This document shows, one piece after another, positions 1-9,056 of a stretch of 64,000 nt of DNA (within the stretch, counting starts at the first letter, position 1; each line of letters begins with the position of its first letter). The stretch comes from Patescibacteria group bacterium (GTDB taxonomy: Bacteria; Patescibacteriota; Patescibacteriia; PEXW01). The stretch spans positions 153,771 to 217,770 of the forward strand of contig JBAZBR010000001.1 in NCBI GenBank assembly GCA_041671325.1. The letters are read 5' to 3'. The position numbers and the translations under genes were made by a program. The notes under the pieces are model-generated. The model worked only from the letters and a program-made list of their open reading frames with translations, was not told the origin of the DNA and did no database searches.

Positions 1-926
1 TTGAAGCCAAAGAATTAGATCGGGAAAGGGGCGTTATAATCGAAGAAATCAACATGTATGAAGACAACCCCATGGCGCACATTGAGGATGTTTTCGAAAA
101 TGGTTTGTATGGCGACACGCCTTTGGGCTGGAATATTGCCGGAAAAAAAGAGGGGATTACTAAAATGTCCAGGGAAAAAATGCTGGCTTACAAAAATAAA
201 TATTATATCGGCAGGAATATGTGGCTGGTCATTGCCGGTAAAGTGCCGGAGAATTTAAATCAATTGATCAAAAAATATTTCAACTTGATTCCTGGGAAAA
301 GCAATGTGCCAAAGTATGTGGGGCAAAAGGGATATTCAAAAAATAAAATCCACTTGCAATACAAAGAGACAGAACAATCACATTTGATAATTGGCGGGCC
401 TGGGCTGAAATATTCTGCTAAGGAGCTAAACGCGGTTTCATTATTAGCAATTATGCTAGGCGGAAATATGAGTTCCAGGCTATTCATTGAAATTCGGGAA
501 AGAATGGGCTTGTGTTATTTTATCCGCGCAGGCTTGAGTCCCTATGAAGACATTGGGCATTTTCAAGTCCAAGCTGGGTTGGATAAAACCAGGATAAAAG
601 AAGCCATCCCCGCAATTCTGCAGGAAATTTCTAAAATGCAGAAAGGCGATTTTAGCCCCGAAGAATTAAGGCGGGCAAAGGAATTTATTAAAGGCAAATT
701 TATTTTGGAACTGGAAGATTCAGAAAATATTGCCGGCTGGATGGGCAAACAGGCCTTATTCATGAAAAAAATCAAGACTGCCAAGGAAAGGATTGCAGAA
801 GTTGAGGCGGTAAAAATAAACGAAGTTAAAAAAATCGCTAAACAAGTTTTAGATATAAAGAATTTCCATCTGGCCATCATCGGACCTTATAAGGACCAAA
901 AGGTTTTTGAAAAATTCATTAACTAG
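1..926 (+). CDS. M16 family zinc peptidase (pitrilysin-like), 5'-truncated by window edge
   Basis: ORF is open from the window start (..ELDRERGVIIEEINMYED..); contains the LGGNMSSRLFIEIRERMGLCY motif typical of M16B peptidases. Confidence 0.9.
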   Translation, partial: EAKELDRERGVIIEEINMYEDNPMAHIEDVFENGLYGDTPLGWNIAGKKEGITKMSREKMLAYKNKYYIGRNMWLVIAGKVPENLNQLIKKYFNLIPGKSNVPKYVGQKGYSKNKIHLQYKETEQSHLIIGGPGLKYSAKELNAVSLLAIMLGGNMSSRLFIEIRERMGLCYFIRAGLSPYEDIGHFQVQAGLDKTRIKEAIPAILQEISKMQKGDFSPEELRRAKEFIKGKFILELEDSENIAGWMGKQALFMKKIKTAKERIAEVEAVKINEVKKIAKQVLDIKNFHLAIIGPYKDQKVFEKFIN

Positions 927-928
927 AC

Positions 929-1735
929 GTGCGAGTCCAAACTTTCATCAAGAAAGGCTCGGGTAAAATTTTGGAGGATGCTTTGATTGTTAAGCCTCCA
1001 GTTTTTGGGGTTTTTGACGGGGCCACAGGTTTAGACGAATTTGCTAATAACAAAGGCTTGACAGGCGGTTATTTGGCGGCGAGTCTGGCAAAAAAGATTT
1101 TTGCTAATTCTAAAATGACATTAGCAAAATCTGCCGTGAGTTTGAACAATAAACTGCGAATTACCATGCAGAAAGAGGGGATAAACATAAACGAGAAGTT
1201 CCGGCGTTGGGCCCTAGCTTTAGCAGCAATTAAAATCTATGATAAATATTTTGAATGGATACAAATTACCGATTGTTCAATTTTGGTTATTTATAAAACT
1301 GGCAAATGCAGGCTTTTAGTAGAAAATTATGAAATTGATAGAGATCTGTTACTATTATGGCAAAAATATTCAATGTTAAAAATCAAAGATATTTTTACTA
1401 TAATTAAACCAATTATTCGTGAAAAGAGAAATGATGCCAACAAAAAATATGGCCTAATTGATGGGGGTTTAAAGATGGAAAAATTTTTACGATTAGGCAA
1501 AGTAAATTTAGAAGGGATCAAACATGTAATTCTTTTTACTGACGGCTTCCTTCCGCCAAAAAAAGATCCTCGAAAAAAAGATGATTTTTCGAATTTTGTA
1601 AGATTGTTTGAAAAGGGCGGTTTAAAATTAGTTGCCAAAACTCATTGGCAAATTCAAAGCGCTGATCCTTGGGGCTGGAAATATATCCGCTTGAAAAAAC
1701 ATGATGATATGGCGGCCATAGCCTTGAGTTTTTAA
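929..1735 (+). CDS. PP2C-like phosphatase-fold protein
   Basis: Metal-binding motifs of the PP2C fold: GVFDGATG, LFTDG, HDDMAAI. Confidence 0.75.
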   Translation: MRVQTFIKKGSGKILEDALIVKPPVFGVFDGATGLDEFANNKGLTGGYLAASLAKKIFANSKMTLAKSAVSLNNKLRITMQKEGININEKFRRWALALAAIKIYDKYFEWIQITDCSILVIYKTGKCRLLVENYEIDRDLLLLWQKYSMLKIKDIFTIIKPIIREKRNDANKKYGLIDGGLKMEKFLRLGKVNLEGIKHVILFTDGFLPPKKDPRKKDDFSNFVRLFEKGGLKLVAKTHWQIQSADPWGWKYIRLKKHDDMAAIALSF

Positions 1736-1774
1736 GTTTTTGCCCTAAAAACCAAATACCGATATAATTATCCC

Positions 1775-2839
1775 ATGGCAGATACTATTAATAACCCAGG
1801 AAGTTTTTCCATAAACATATCAACCTCAACTATGTTGAGGGTGGTTTTAATCATAATTTTATTGGCTTTTGCCTATGCTATTAGGGAAGTCTTTGTTTTA
1901 TTCATCGTTGCTTTGGTTTTAGCTACGGCCTTAGACCCGATGGTGGATAAAATGGCTACCCGAAGGATCCCCAGAACTTTAAGCGTAATCATGCTTTACA
2001 TTGTACTTTTTGGCACCATAGCTTTGATTTTAGCCTTAATAATTCCGGCTTTAGTTAACCAGGTTAATGAATTATCCTCAAGTTTCCCAAGTTTATACCA
2101 AAAATTTGTTGATGAATTTACTGCATTACGCGATATTTCCGCCAATGCCGGGTTCCAAAATAGCATTAGTAATTTCTTGCAATCTTTGCAGATGAATGTT
2201 GGCAAGGCGGGAACCAGCATCTTTGGCGCCATTACCAGTTTTTTTGGCGGCTTGATTGCTTTTATCGCCATTCTGATCATGACTTATTACATGCTGAGTG
2301 AAGAAAATGGCATGAAAAAGTTCTTTACTAATATTGCCCCAGTAAAATACCAACCGTTCATTAACCAACTTTTAATCAAAGTCCAATTCAAGCTCGGCGG
2401 CTGGTTAAGGGGACAGCTATTGATCATGTTGATTGTGGCAGTTACAGATTTTATCGGCATGTCTATTATTGGCGTAAAATACGCGCTGGTCCTGGCATTG
2501 TTTGCCGGGCTTCTGGAAATCGTGCCTTTGGTCGGTTCGACCATCGCGGCAATACCGGCAGTTTTTGTGGCCTTTACTTTAAGCCCGCTTAAAGGCATTT
2601 TAACTCTCATTCTATTCTTTGTGGTTCAGCAAATCCAGAATAATTTCATATCCCCAAAAGTCATGAAAAGCAATACTGGCCTGCATTCGGTAGTGACCAT
2701 CGTAGTCTTGTTAATTGGCGGGAAAATCGCTGGCTTGTTGGGCATCCTTTTAGCAATTCCAGTCACTTTAATCATTATGACAATTTATTCCGAAATTTGG
2801 GGCAAGCGTCGGGCAGAAGAAATGACCTTGGAACAATAG
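1775..2839 (+). CDS. AI-2E family transporter
   Basis: About 8 TM segments; GWLRGQL, LLEIVPLVG and VQQIQNNFISPKVM motifs. Confidence 0.9.
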   Translation: MADTINNPGSFSINISTSTMLRVVLIIILLAFAYAIREVFVLFIVALVLATALDPMVDKMATRRIPRTLSVIMLYIVLFGTIALILALIIPALVNQVNELSSSFPSLYQKFVDEFTALRDISANAGFQNSISNFLQSLQMNVGKAGTSIFGAITSFFGGLIAFIAILIMTYYMLSEENGMKKFFTNIAPVKYQPFINQLLIKVQFKLGGWLRGQLLIMLIVAVTDFIGMSIIGVKYALVLALFAGLLEIVPLVGSTIAAIPAVFVAFTLSPLKGILTLILFFVVQQIQNNFISPKVMKSNTGLHSVVTIVVLLIGGKIAGLLGILLAIPVTLIIMTIYSEIWGKRRAEEMTLEQ

Positions 2840-2845
2840 GATAAT

Positions 2846-4309
2846 ATGAAAAAAAATCTGGTACCCTTATTAATTACCACGCCTATTTATTATGCCAATG
2901 CGGCGCCGCATGTGGGCTCGGCTTATACGACTATTGCCACGGATGTGTTAGCCAGGTTTTGGCGTAGCCAAGGCAGAAAAGTTTTTTTTCTGACTGGAAC
3001 TGATGAACATGGCTCAAAAGTGGCTGAGGCGGCCAATAAAGCAGGGGTAGATCCCCAGGCTTTTGTTGACCAGCAAGCAAAAGTTTTCAAAGCCGCTTTT
3101 GAAGAGCTGAATATCAGTTTTAACCGTTTTATCCGGACAACCGAATCAGACCATGTTTTAGGCGTTGAGGTATTTTTGGACAAATTAAAAAAAGCCCAGA
3201 CCCCCCTGGGCAATCCCGCAATTTATGAAGGCGAGTATAAAGGTCTATATTGCCAAGGCTGTGAAAAATTCATAACCGAAAAAGAACTGGTTGACGGTAA
3301 ATGCCCATTGCATCTCACGGTGCCGCAGCATTTGGTTGAAAACAATTATTTTTTCAGGCTTTCAGACTATTTACCGGATTTAAAAAAAGCCATTGTTAAA
3401 AACAAGATTAGCATTTTCCCTAAAACTGCACGGGAAGAAGTTTTGGGATATTTTAAACAAGGCCTGAATGATTTTTCCATTTCCCGGCAAAATGTGAAGT
3501 GGGGGATCCCACTGCCATTTGACAAGTCCCAGACGGCTTATGTTTGGGTGGATGCTTTGCCGAATTATTTGACTGGCATTGGTTTTGGCAAGAATACTTC
3601 ATACCGCAATTGGTGGCGAAGCGAAGTTATCCATTTCATGGCCAGGGATATTTTGAAATTCCATGCCATATATTGGCCAGCCTTGTTAATGGCCATTAAA
3701 GAACCCATTCCTGAAACTATCATTGCCCATGGCTATTTCACAATCGCGGGCAAGAAAATGAGCAAGTCTTTGGGTAATGTCATTTTGCCCTCGGAAATGA
3801 TTGCCAAATATGGGGTTGATGGCACGCGTTACCTTTTGCTGTCCGCTTTCCCGTTTGGCCAGGATGGGGATTTGCCAGTCGATAAGTTTGCTGAAAAATA
3901 TAATGCAGATTTGGCTAATGGCTTGGGCAACCTGGTTTCCAGGACTACCAACATGGTTGAAAGGTTTTTAGCTGGGAAGATTAAACCGGTTAAACCGCCA
4001 AAATCACTGGACAAGGCCCTGGGTTATATTGCCAAATACCAATTCAGCCAGGCTTTGAATGAGATCTGGAAAACTATCGCTTGGGCAAACCAGCAGATTG
4101 ATAATGCCAAGCCTTGGGAGCTTGCCAAAAATCAAGTAAAAGCTGATACTTTAAAATTAGAGGGGCTGTTGAATGGTTTAGTGGCGCAATTGCTAGAAAT
4201 TGCCAAAGTCCTTAAGTCTTTTATGCCTGAATCGTGCGAAAAAATTGAAAAAATTTTGAAAGCCAAAAAGATTCTAAAAAATTTACCCTTATTCATGCGG
4301 GTTGTATGA
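2846..4309 (+). CDS. metG: methionine--tRNA ligase
   Basis: TTPIYYAN..PHVGSAY (HIGH-like), GTDEHG, KMSKS. Confidence 0.97.
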   Translation: MKKNLVPLLITTPIYYANAAPHVGSAYTTIATDVLARFWRSQGRKVFFLTGTDEHGSKVAEAANKAGVDPQAFVDQQAKVFKAAFEELNISFNRFIRTTESDHVLGVEVFLDKLKKAQTPLGNPAIYEGEYKGLYCQGCEKFITEKELVDGKCPLHLTVPQHLVENNYFFRLSDYLPDLKKAIVKNKISIFPKTAREEVLGYFKQGLNDFSISRQNVKWGIPLPFDKSQTAYVWVDALPNYLTGIGFGKNTSYRNWWRSEVIHFMARDILKFHAIYWPALLMAIKEPIPETIIAHGYFTIAGKKMSKSLGNVILPSEMIAKYGVDGTRYLLLSAFPFGQDGDLPVDKFAEKYNADLANGLGNLVSRTTNMVERFLAGKIKPVKPPKSLDKALGYIAKYQFSQALNEIWKTIAWANQQIDNAKPWELAKNQVKADTLKLEGLLNGLVAQLLEIAKVLKSFMPESCEKIEKILKAKKILKNLPLFMRVV

Positions 4310-4821
4310 ACACCACAGATATAATTTTGTTAATACTTTTATTCGGTTTTACCTGGGCAGGTTTTTGGTATGGCTTGATCCAAACTCTGGGCGGTATTGT
4401 CGGGGTGGTAGCCGGGGCGATTATTGCCAGCCGCACTTATTCGGTTGCCGCCGGCTGGGTTGGCGGGGTTGGCACCCGGGCCGGTTTATCAGAATGGCTG
4501 GCTTTTTCGGTAATATTCGTGGTGGTAAACCGAGCTATGGCAATTGCCACGGGCTCAGTAGGAAAAATTTTAAACGTGGTAAAAGTTGTGCCTTTTGTCG
4601 GCACCATCAACCGGTTGGGCGGGGCTGTTGTTGGCTTGGCTGAAGGCGCCTTAGTCATAGGCTTGATAATTGCCATGGCCCAGAGGTTTGAATTAAGCCC
4701 GCAATTAGTAACCATGTTGGATAATTCAAGGGTCGCGAATATTCTGGGGGCTTTTGGTTCAAGCCTAATGCCTTTGATGCCTAGCGCCATCCGCGGGACA
4801 AAAGCTCTTTTAGGCGTTTAA
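4306..4821 (+). CDS. CvpA family membrane protein
   Basis: 4 TM helices; 'DIIL..G...GLI' start and 'NRLGGAVVGLAEG' motif. Confidence 0.8.
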   Translation: MNTTDIILLILLFGFTWAGFWYGLIQTLGGIVGVVAGAIIASRTYSVAAGWVGGVGTRAGLSEWLAFSVIFVVVNRAMAIATGSVGKILNVVKVVPFVGTINRLGGAVVGLAEGALVIGLIIAMAQRFELSPQLVTMLDNSRVANILGAFGSSLMPLMPSAIRGTKALLGV

Positions 4822-5499
4822 ATGTCCGGCATACTTTACATTGTTGCCACGCCAATCGGGAATTTGTCAGACCTTTCGGTTCGGGCGAAAGAAGTTTTAG
4901 CGCATGTCAACGCGGTTTTGTCCGAAGACACGCGGGAGGCGGCAAAATTGTTGGCCCATATTGGCGCGGAAAAAACCGTCATCCGTTATGATGAGCATAC
5001 CCGTGGCGCAAGAGAAGACACGATTTTGAATAAATTAAAAAGCGGTGAAAGTTTAGCCTTGATTGCGGATAGGGGAACGCCGAATATTGCGGACCCAGGC
5101 GGTAGATTAGTGGAAAGGGTTTATAGAGAATGTCCGGGGGTAAAAGTCGTGCCCATACCCGGTCCTTCAGCCATGAGCGCGGCTTTGTCAGTCTGCGGTT
5201 TTCCTTTACAACAATTTTGCGGTTATGGCTTTTTGCCTTTGAAAAACAAAAGGCAAGCAATTTTAAGACAGATGGCTGAAGATCCTCGGCCAGCCGTATT
5301 TTTTGAATCACCGCATCGGATTGAAAAAGTCCTGACTTTTTTTATCGAAACTTGTCCGGACAGGGAAGTGTTTATCGGCCGGGAATTAACCAAGACTTTT
5401 GAACATCTTTATCGCGGCAAACCCGAAGAAGTTCTTAAAGCATTGCGAGCTGATGCAGTGAAGGGGGAGTTTGTGGTGGTTTTGGGACCGGGAAAGTAA
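4822..5499 (+). CDS. rsmI: 16S rRNA (cytidine(1402)-2'-O)-methyltransferase
   Basis: LYIVATPIGNLSD, EDTR, DPG, FFESPHR, RELTK, KGEFVVV. Confidence 0.96.
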   Translation: MSGILYIVATPIGNLSDLSVRAKEVLAHVNAVLSEDTREAAKLLAHIGAEKTVIRYDEHTRGAREDTILNKLKSGESLALIADRGTPNIADPGGRLVERVYRECPGVKVVPIPGPSAMSAALSVCGFPLQQFCGYGFLPLKNKRQAILRQMAEDPRPAVFFESPHRIEKVLTFFIETCPDREVFIGRELTKTFEHLYRGKPEEVLKALRADAVKGEFVVVLGPGK

Positions 5500-5517
5500 A
5501 AAATGTTTGGTCTTGAC

Positions 5518-5620
5518 CGCGCACCACTTTCTAAACAAATATCAATTTTATTAATTAATATGTTAGTTCGATAAATATCCTAATAATTCGAGTGTAGTTA
5601 TTATAGAAAGTGGTGCGGGG
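5518..5620. mobile_element. MITE-like element with ~14-16 bp terminal inverted repeats
   Basis: CGCACCACTTTCTA at the left end and TAGAAAGTGGTGCG at the right end, AT-rich interior, flanked by a TTGAC direct repeat (5513-5517, 5621-5625). Confidence 0.65.
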
Positions 5621-5649
5621 TTGACAGAATCATTAATCCATGATACTAT
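5621..5649 (+). promoter_or_regulatory. sigma70-type promoter upstream of the DGR target gene
   Basis: TTGACA-17 bp-TACTAT. Confidence 0.6.
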
Positions 5650-5850
5650 ACTTTGTTATTTAGTACCTTGAAAATCTACCCGCCCGCCACGGCTACGCCG
5701 TAGGCGTATCGGGCAGGCCTGCGAAACAACGTAGTCATAGCCAAAAGGTACTGATTATTTGGTACTTCCTGGCTACGACTACCAAGGTGGCGGTCCGCTG
5801 GCAATAAACCAAAATTGGCGAAACCCTAATTACAGAAAGGAAAAAACGCC

Positions 5851-6462
5851 ATGGATAAGCAAACAGGAAAACTGGTTGCTAGAATCTCCGAGAATCTTCC
5901 GGACATGGATCCTCGCCAGATGCAAATCTGGATCGACGATCCTAAAAGACTTCAAGTAGCTCTTGCAAACGCGCTCTGTCCGGTCAGAATGGTTGACGTT
6001 ACGACCAATGGTCGCGGCGGTGAGGAGTGGATTACCCACCTCGAAGAAAAACGCTACCGTGTTGGTGACTGGGCGAAGCAGCTACTCCGCAACAAGAAGT
6101 TTGTTGCCACGAACGGCAAAACCTACACTCTCGCCATCATCATGGGCGACGAGTTCAAGGATAATGAACGCACCAACAAGAACATCAGAGAAACTGCTCA
6201 CGCTCGTGGGTACCTTGATCCGTCTGTCGAACTTGGCCCCTACCTTCGCGAGATGTTCTCTGATGAAGATCTCAAGAAAATGGGCCTTTGGGCACTCATT
6301 CTCATGCATGAGCCCATTGCCGATTCGGTTGGTGACCTGTACATGCTTGGTGTCGACCGCTTCGATGTTGGTCGTTGGCTGAACACCTACCACGGTAACC
6401 CTGACGATGGGTGGAGTCGTGAGGTCGGGTTCATGTTCTTGGTTCCCGTAAGTAGCAATTAG
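5851..6462 (+). CDS. DGR target protein with C-terminal variable region (probably CLec-like fold)
   Basis: Last ~44 codons match TR; RBS-like AAGGA upstream; the fold is inferred from DGR target precedent. Confidence 0.9.
   Translation: MDKQTGKLVARISENLPDMDPRQMQIWIDDPKRLQVALANALCPVRMVDVTTNGRGGEEWITHLEEKRYRVGDWAKQLLRNKKFVATNGKTYTLAIIMGDEFKDNERTNKNIRETAHARGYLDPSVELGPYLREMFSDEDLKKMGLWALILMHEPIADSVGDLYMLGVDRFDVGRWLNTYHGNPDDGWSREVGFMFLVPVSSN
6320..6451 (+). repeat. DGR variable region (VR)
   Basis: Aligns ungapped to 6879-7010; 12 mismatches are at TR adenines and one C/T mismatch lies at the 3' end. Confidence 0.96.
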
Positions 6463-6500
6463 TCCTTTGGACTTCTAACCTTTGGTCTTTTGGACCCTTG

Positions 6501-6605
6501 CCCGCCTCGACTCGACGTCTCGGCGAGGCGGGGCTTTAGCCCTTGGACAAACGTACAAACCCCGCATCTTGATTTCGTAACACACGAATGATGGATGTGG
6601 GGTTT
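6501..6605 (+). promoter_or_regulatory. hairpins downstream of VR (candidate DGR homing hairpin and/or terminator)
   Basis: CCCGCCTCG/CGAGGCGGG stem at 6501-6532; AAACCCCGCATC/GATGTGGGGTTT stem at 6557-6605 with an inner TTCGT/ACGAA hairpin. Confidence 0.6.
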
Positions 6606-6878
6606 ATTTATTTCTGTTAAAATAAAGATGGTAGTAGGTGAATAGGTGGATGGCTACGGCTTTCCGCTACCGAATCCAGTGAACATATAACTCAGAATAT
6701 CTTCGGGTACGCCTTAAGATAGCGCAGTGTATGTGAACTTAAAAAAATGAAGCTACTTGGTATAGCGTCCTAGGGCATTTTATATGCCGGATTCGATTCA
6801 GCCTTGAGAGTATCCCGTTGCGACTTGCGCAGCGAGGCGAGTCAAGAGGCAGTGGCATGGGCGGTACGTTATACAAAT

Positions 6879-7010
6879 CCGATTCGGATGGTGACCTGAA
6901 CATGCTTGGTGTCAACCGCAACGATAATGGTCGTTGGCTGAACACCTACAACGGTAACCCTGACAATAGGTGGAATCGTGAGATCGGGTTCATGTTCTTG
7001 GTTCCCGCAA
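6879..7010 (+). ncRNA. DGR template region (TR)
   Basis: Adenine-retaining copy of VR with nine AAC/AAT codons in the VR frame; followed by a CTCTCCC/GGGAGAG hairpin near 7023-7044. Confidence 0.95.
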
Positions 7011-7120
7011 CTCGCTTCGTCACTCTCCCTATTTATGGGGAGAGTTTTGTTTCCCCGTTAGAGGTGTAATATTAACAGTATCACTCTTGGACGACATTTT
7101 TTACTTAAACGTAAGAACCT

Positions 7121-7459
7121 CTAACGGGGTTTTGTCAGTTGGCCGTTCCACCCGCCCAACATTTTTCCGATTTCATCTATTTTCATGGACAACGCGATAT
7201 ACTTTTTGTTATCCAGCGATTTTGTTTCCCACAAGATCATTAAAAGTATTTTTAGCGTGTCTGTTTTTTGAATGGCGCGACGAACATAGGGCAATTTTTC
7301 AGTTCGTCCTAAAAAGCTTGCGGTAGCAATCGCTTCTATTGTTTCGATGAAGAGGGTATCAATGCGTTGACCTAATGTGTGCCTGTGTGTTTTTGGTATT
7401 GTTTGAAAATATCCGTACCAAAGCAAATACGCACTTTTTACCTTTTGCAGGACTGGCAA
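7121..7459 (-). CDS. avd: DGR accessory variability determinant (Avd-like four-helix bundle); start uncertain
   Basis: Basic helical 112-aa protein with 'PK.HR.TLGQRID' and 'EIGKMLGGW' motifs, located between TR and RT. Confidence 0.88.
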   Translation of the reverse strand: MPVLQKVKSAYLLWYGYFQTIPKTHRHTLGQRIDTLFIETIEAIATASFLGRTEKLPYVRRAIQKTDTLKILLMILWETKSLDNKKYIALSMKIDEIGKMLGGWNGQLTKPR

Positions 7460-7485
7460 AAGTCGGGGGGGGTAGGATTAAGAGT

Positions 7486-8481
7486 ATGAGTAGGATGCAA
7501 CTCATTCATAGTTATCAGCATATCATTTCCATAGAAAATTTACTTGAGGCATGGCGAGAATTCTTGGTAGGAAAACGATCTCGTTTGGATGTGCAGGCAT
7601 TTGAGATTAACTTAATGAGTAATATCATATCGTTACATAATGATCTTGCTACCAAAAAGTATCAGCATTCGTCGTATGAAGCTTTTAATATTTCCGATCC
7701 AAAACCTCGCAACATTCATAAAGCCAAGGTGCGAGACAGGTTATTACATCACGCCCTATACCGTGTTTTGTATCCATTTTTTGATAAGACATTTGTTGCC
7801 GATTCGTATTCGTGCAGGATTGGGAAAGGGACACATAAAGCAATGGAGAGGTTTCGAGGATTCGCGAATAAGACATCTCGCAATAACACAAAAACATTGT
7901 GGGTGCTAAAGTGCGATGTCAAGAAATTTTTTGCATCCATTGACCAAACTTTGCTCATGGAAATTTTGAGTGAGTACATTCCGGATAACAATGTCAGATG
8001 GCTTATGGGTCAGATTATTGGCAGTTTTTATTCAACCGAAAAAGGCAAAGGGTTACCACTTGGCAACCTAACCTCGCAACTGTTCGTTAATATGTATATG
8101 AATGAATTTGATCAATTCGTAAAGCATAAACTTAAAGCCAAGTATTACATTCGCTATGCGGATGATTTTGTTTTCATGTCGGATAGTAAGGCGTGGTTAG
8201 AATCACTGGTTCCGTTGATTAGAGATTTTTTAGCAGTCAGACTTCGCCTCACCTTACATCCACAAAAATTATTTCTTAAAACCTTGGCTTCAGGCGTTGA
8301 CTTTCTGGGATGGGTGAATTTTCCCGATCATCGCGTGTTACGCACGACAGCCCGACGGCGGATGGAAAGTCGCATCATAGAGCATCCAACGAGTGAAACG
8401 ATCCAGTCTTATTTAGGCTTACTTAAACACGGGAATACTGAGAAAATTAAAGCACAAATGTTAGGTGGTCAATTTTTGTAG
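7486..8481 (+). CDS. DGR reverse transcriptase
   Basis: RDRLLHHAL, KCDVKKFFASID, GLPLGNLTSQLF, YIRYADDF, GVDFLG; no maturase or endonuclease domain; ATG at 7486 or 7495 preferred over the GTG at 7375. Confidence 0.96.
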   Translation: MSRMQLIHSYQHIISIENLLEAWREFLVGKRSRLDVQAFEINLMSNIISLHNDLATKKYQHSSYEAFNISDPKPRNIHKAKVRDRLLHHALYRVLYPFFDKTFVADSYSCRIGKGTHKAMERFRGFANKTSRNNTKTLWVLKCDVKKFFASIDQTLLMEILSEYIPDNNVRWLMGQIIGSFYSTEKGKGLPLGNLTSQLFVNMYMNEFDQFVKHKLKAKYYIRYADDFVFMSDSKAWLESLVPLIRDFLAVRLRLTLHPQKLFLKTLASGVDFLGWVNFPDHRVLRTTARRRMESRIIEHPTSETIQSYLGLLKHGNTEKIKAQMLGGQFL

Positions 8482-8780
8482 CTGGATTAATCCAAGATTT
8501 TAAAAATTAACCGCTTGACTTTTTGCTGAAAATTACTACAATATTGGTGCTTGTTGAGCCCGACTGTTTTTTTAGCCTTAGTCGTACATATGGGTTTTAC
8601 CGGGCGAAACCCTCCGAAGCGCATCCTCCTTCGTCCCACTGTCGCGTGACTACGGAGGATATCCTCGTATTAAAACCTTTATCGATAGGTTTTCTCTAAT
8701 CGTTGATGGAAGCGAAGGAGGGTAATAATGTGCAAAATCCCCCGGAAAATCGGGGAATCGTCTGTTTTAAATATAAGTAA

Positions 8781-9056
8781 ATGGAAAATCGTGAAAAATC
8801 CGGCTTTTGGCAAGCCTTGGGGATTGCCTGGGAACTCGGTTATGTTATTGCTATCCCCATTGTCGTTTTTGGCCTCTTAGGCAGGTTTTTAGACAAGAAA
8901 TTCCAGACTTCGCCTTGGCTTTTATTGGCCGGCATAATCATTTCAATTGCAATTTCTTCGTTCGGCCTGGTTTCCAAATTTAAAAAAATGCTGAAAAAAA
9001 TTGAAGACACCACAAAAACCCCACCTTCTTCAAATCCTAACCAAGAATCAAAATAA
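8781..9056 (+). CDS. AtpZ/AtpI family ATP synthase accessory protein
   Basis: 2 TM helices, 'GRFLDKKFQTSPW' motif, first gene of the atp operon. Confidence 0.85.
   Translation: MENREKSGFWQALGIAWELGYVIAIPIVVFGLLGRFLDKKFQTSPWLLLAGIIISIAISSFGLVSKFKKMLKKIEDTTKTPPSSNPNQESK

Larger units (their letters stand above)
5851..8481 (+). mobile_element. diversity-generating retroelement (target/VR - TR - avd antisense - RT)
   Basis: 132-bp VR/TR pair with adenine-specific mismatches, Avd-like gene and DGR-type reverse transcriptase all within 2.6 kb. Confidence 0.97.

Noticed and set aside
6818-7069. 83-aa ORF resembling the target C-terminus
   Set aside because: It is the TR read in the VR frame; TRs are often open frames and function as RNA
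7375-8481. RT as group II intron, retron or CRISPR-associated RT; GTG start at 7375
   Set aside because: No maturase/HNH domain or msr-msd, and the TR/VR pair plus avd identify a DGR; the 7375 start overlaps avd, so ATG 7486/7495 is preferred
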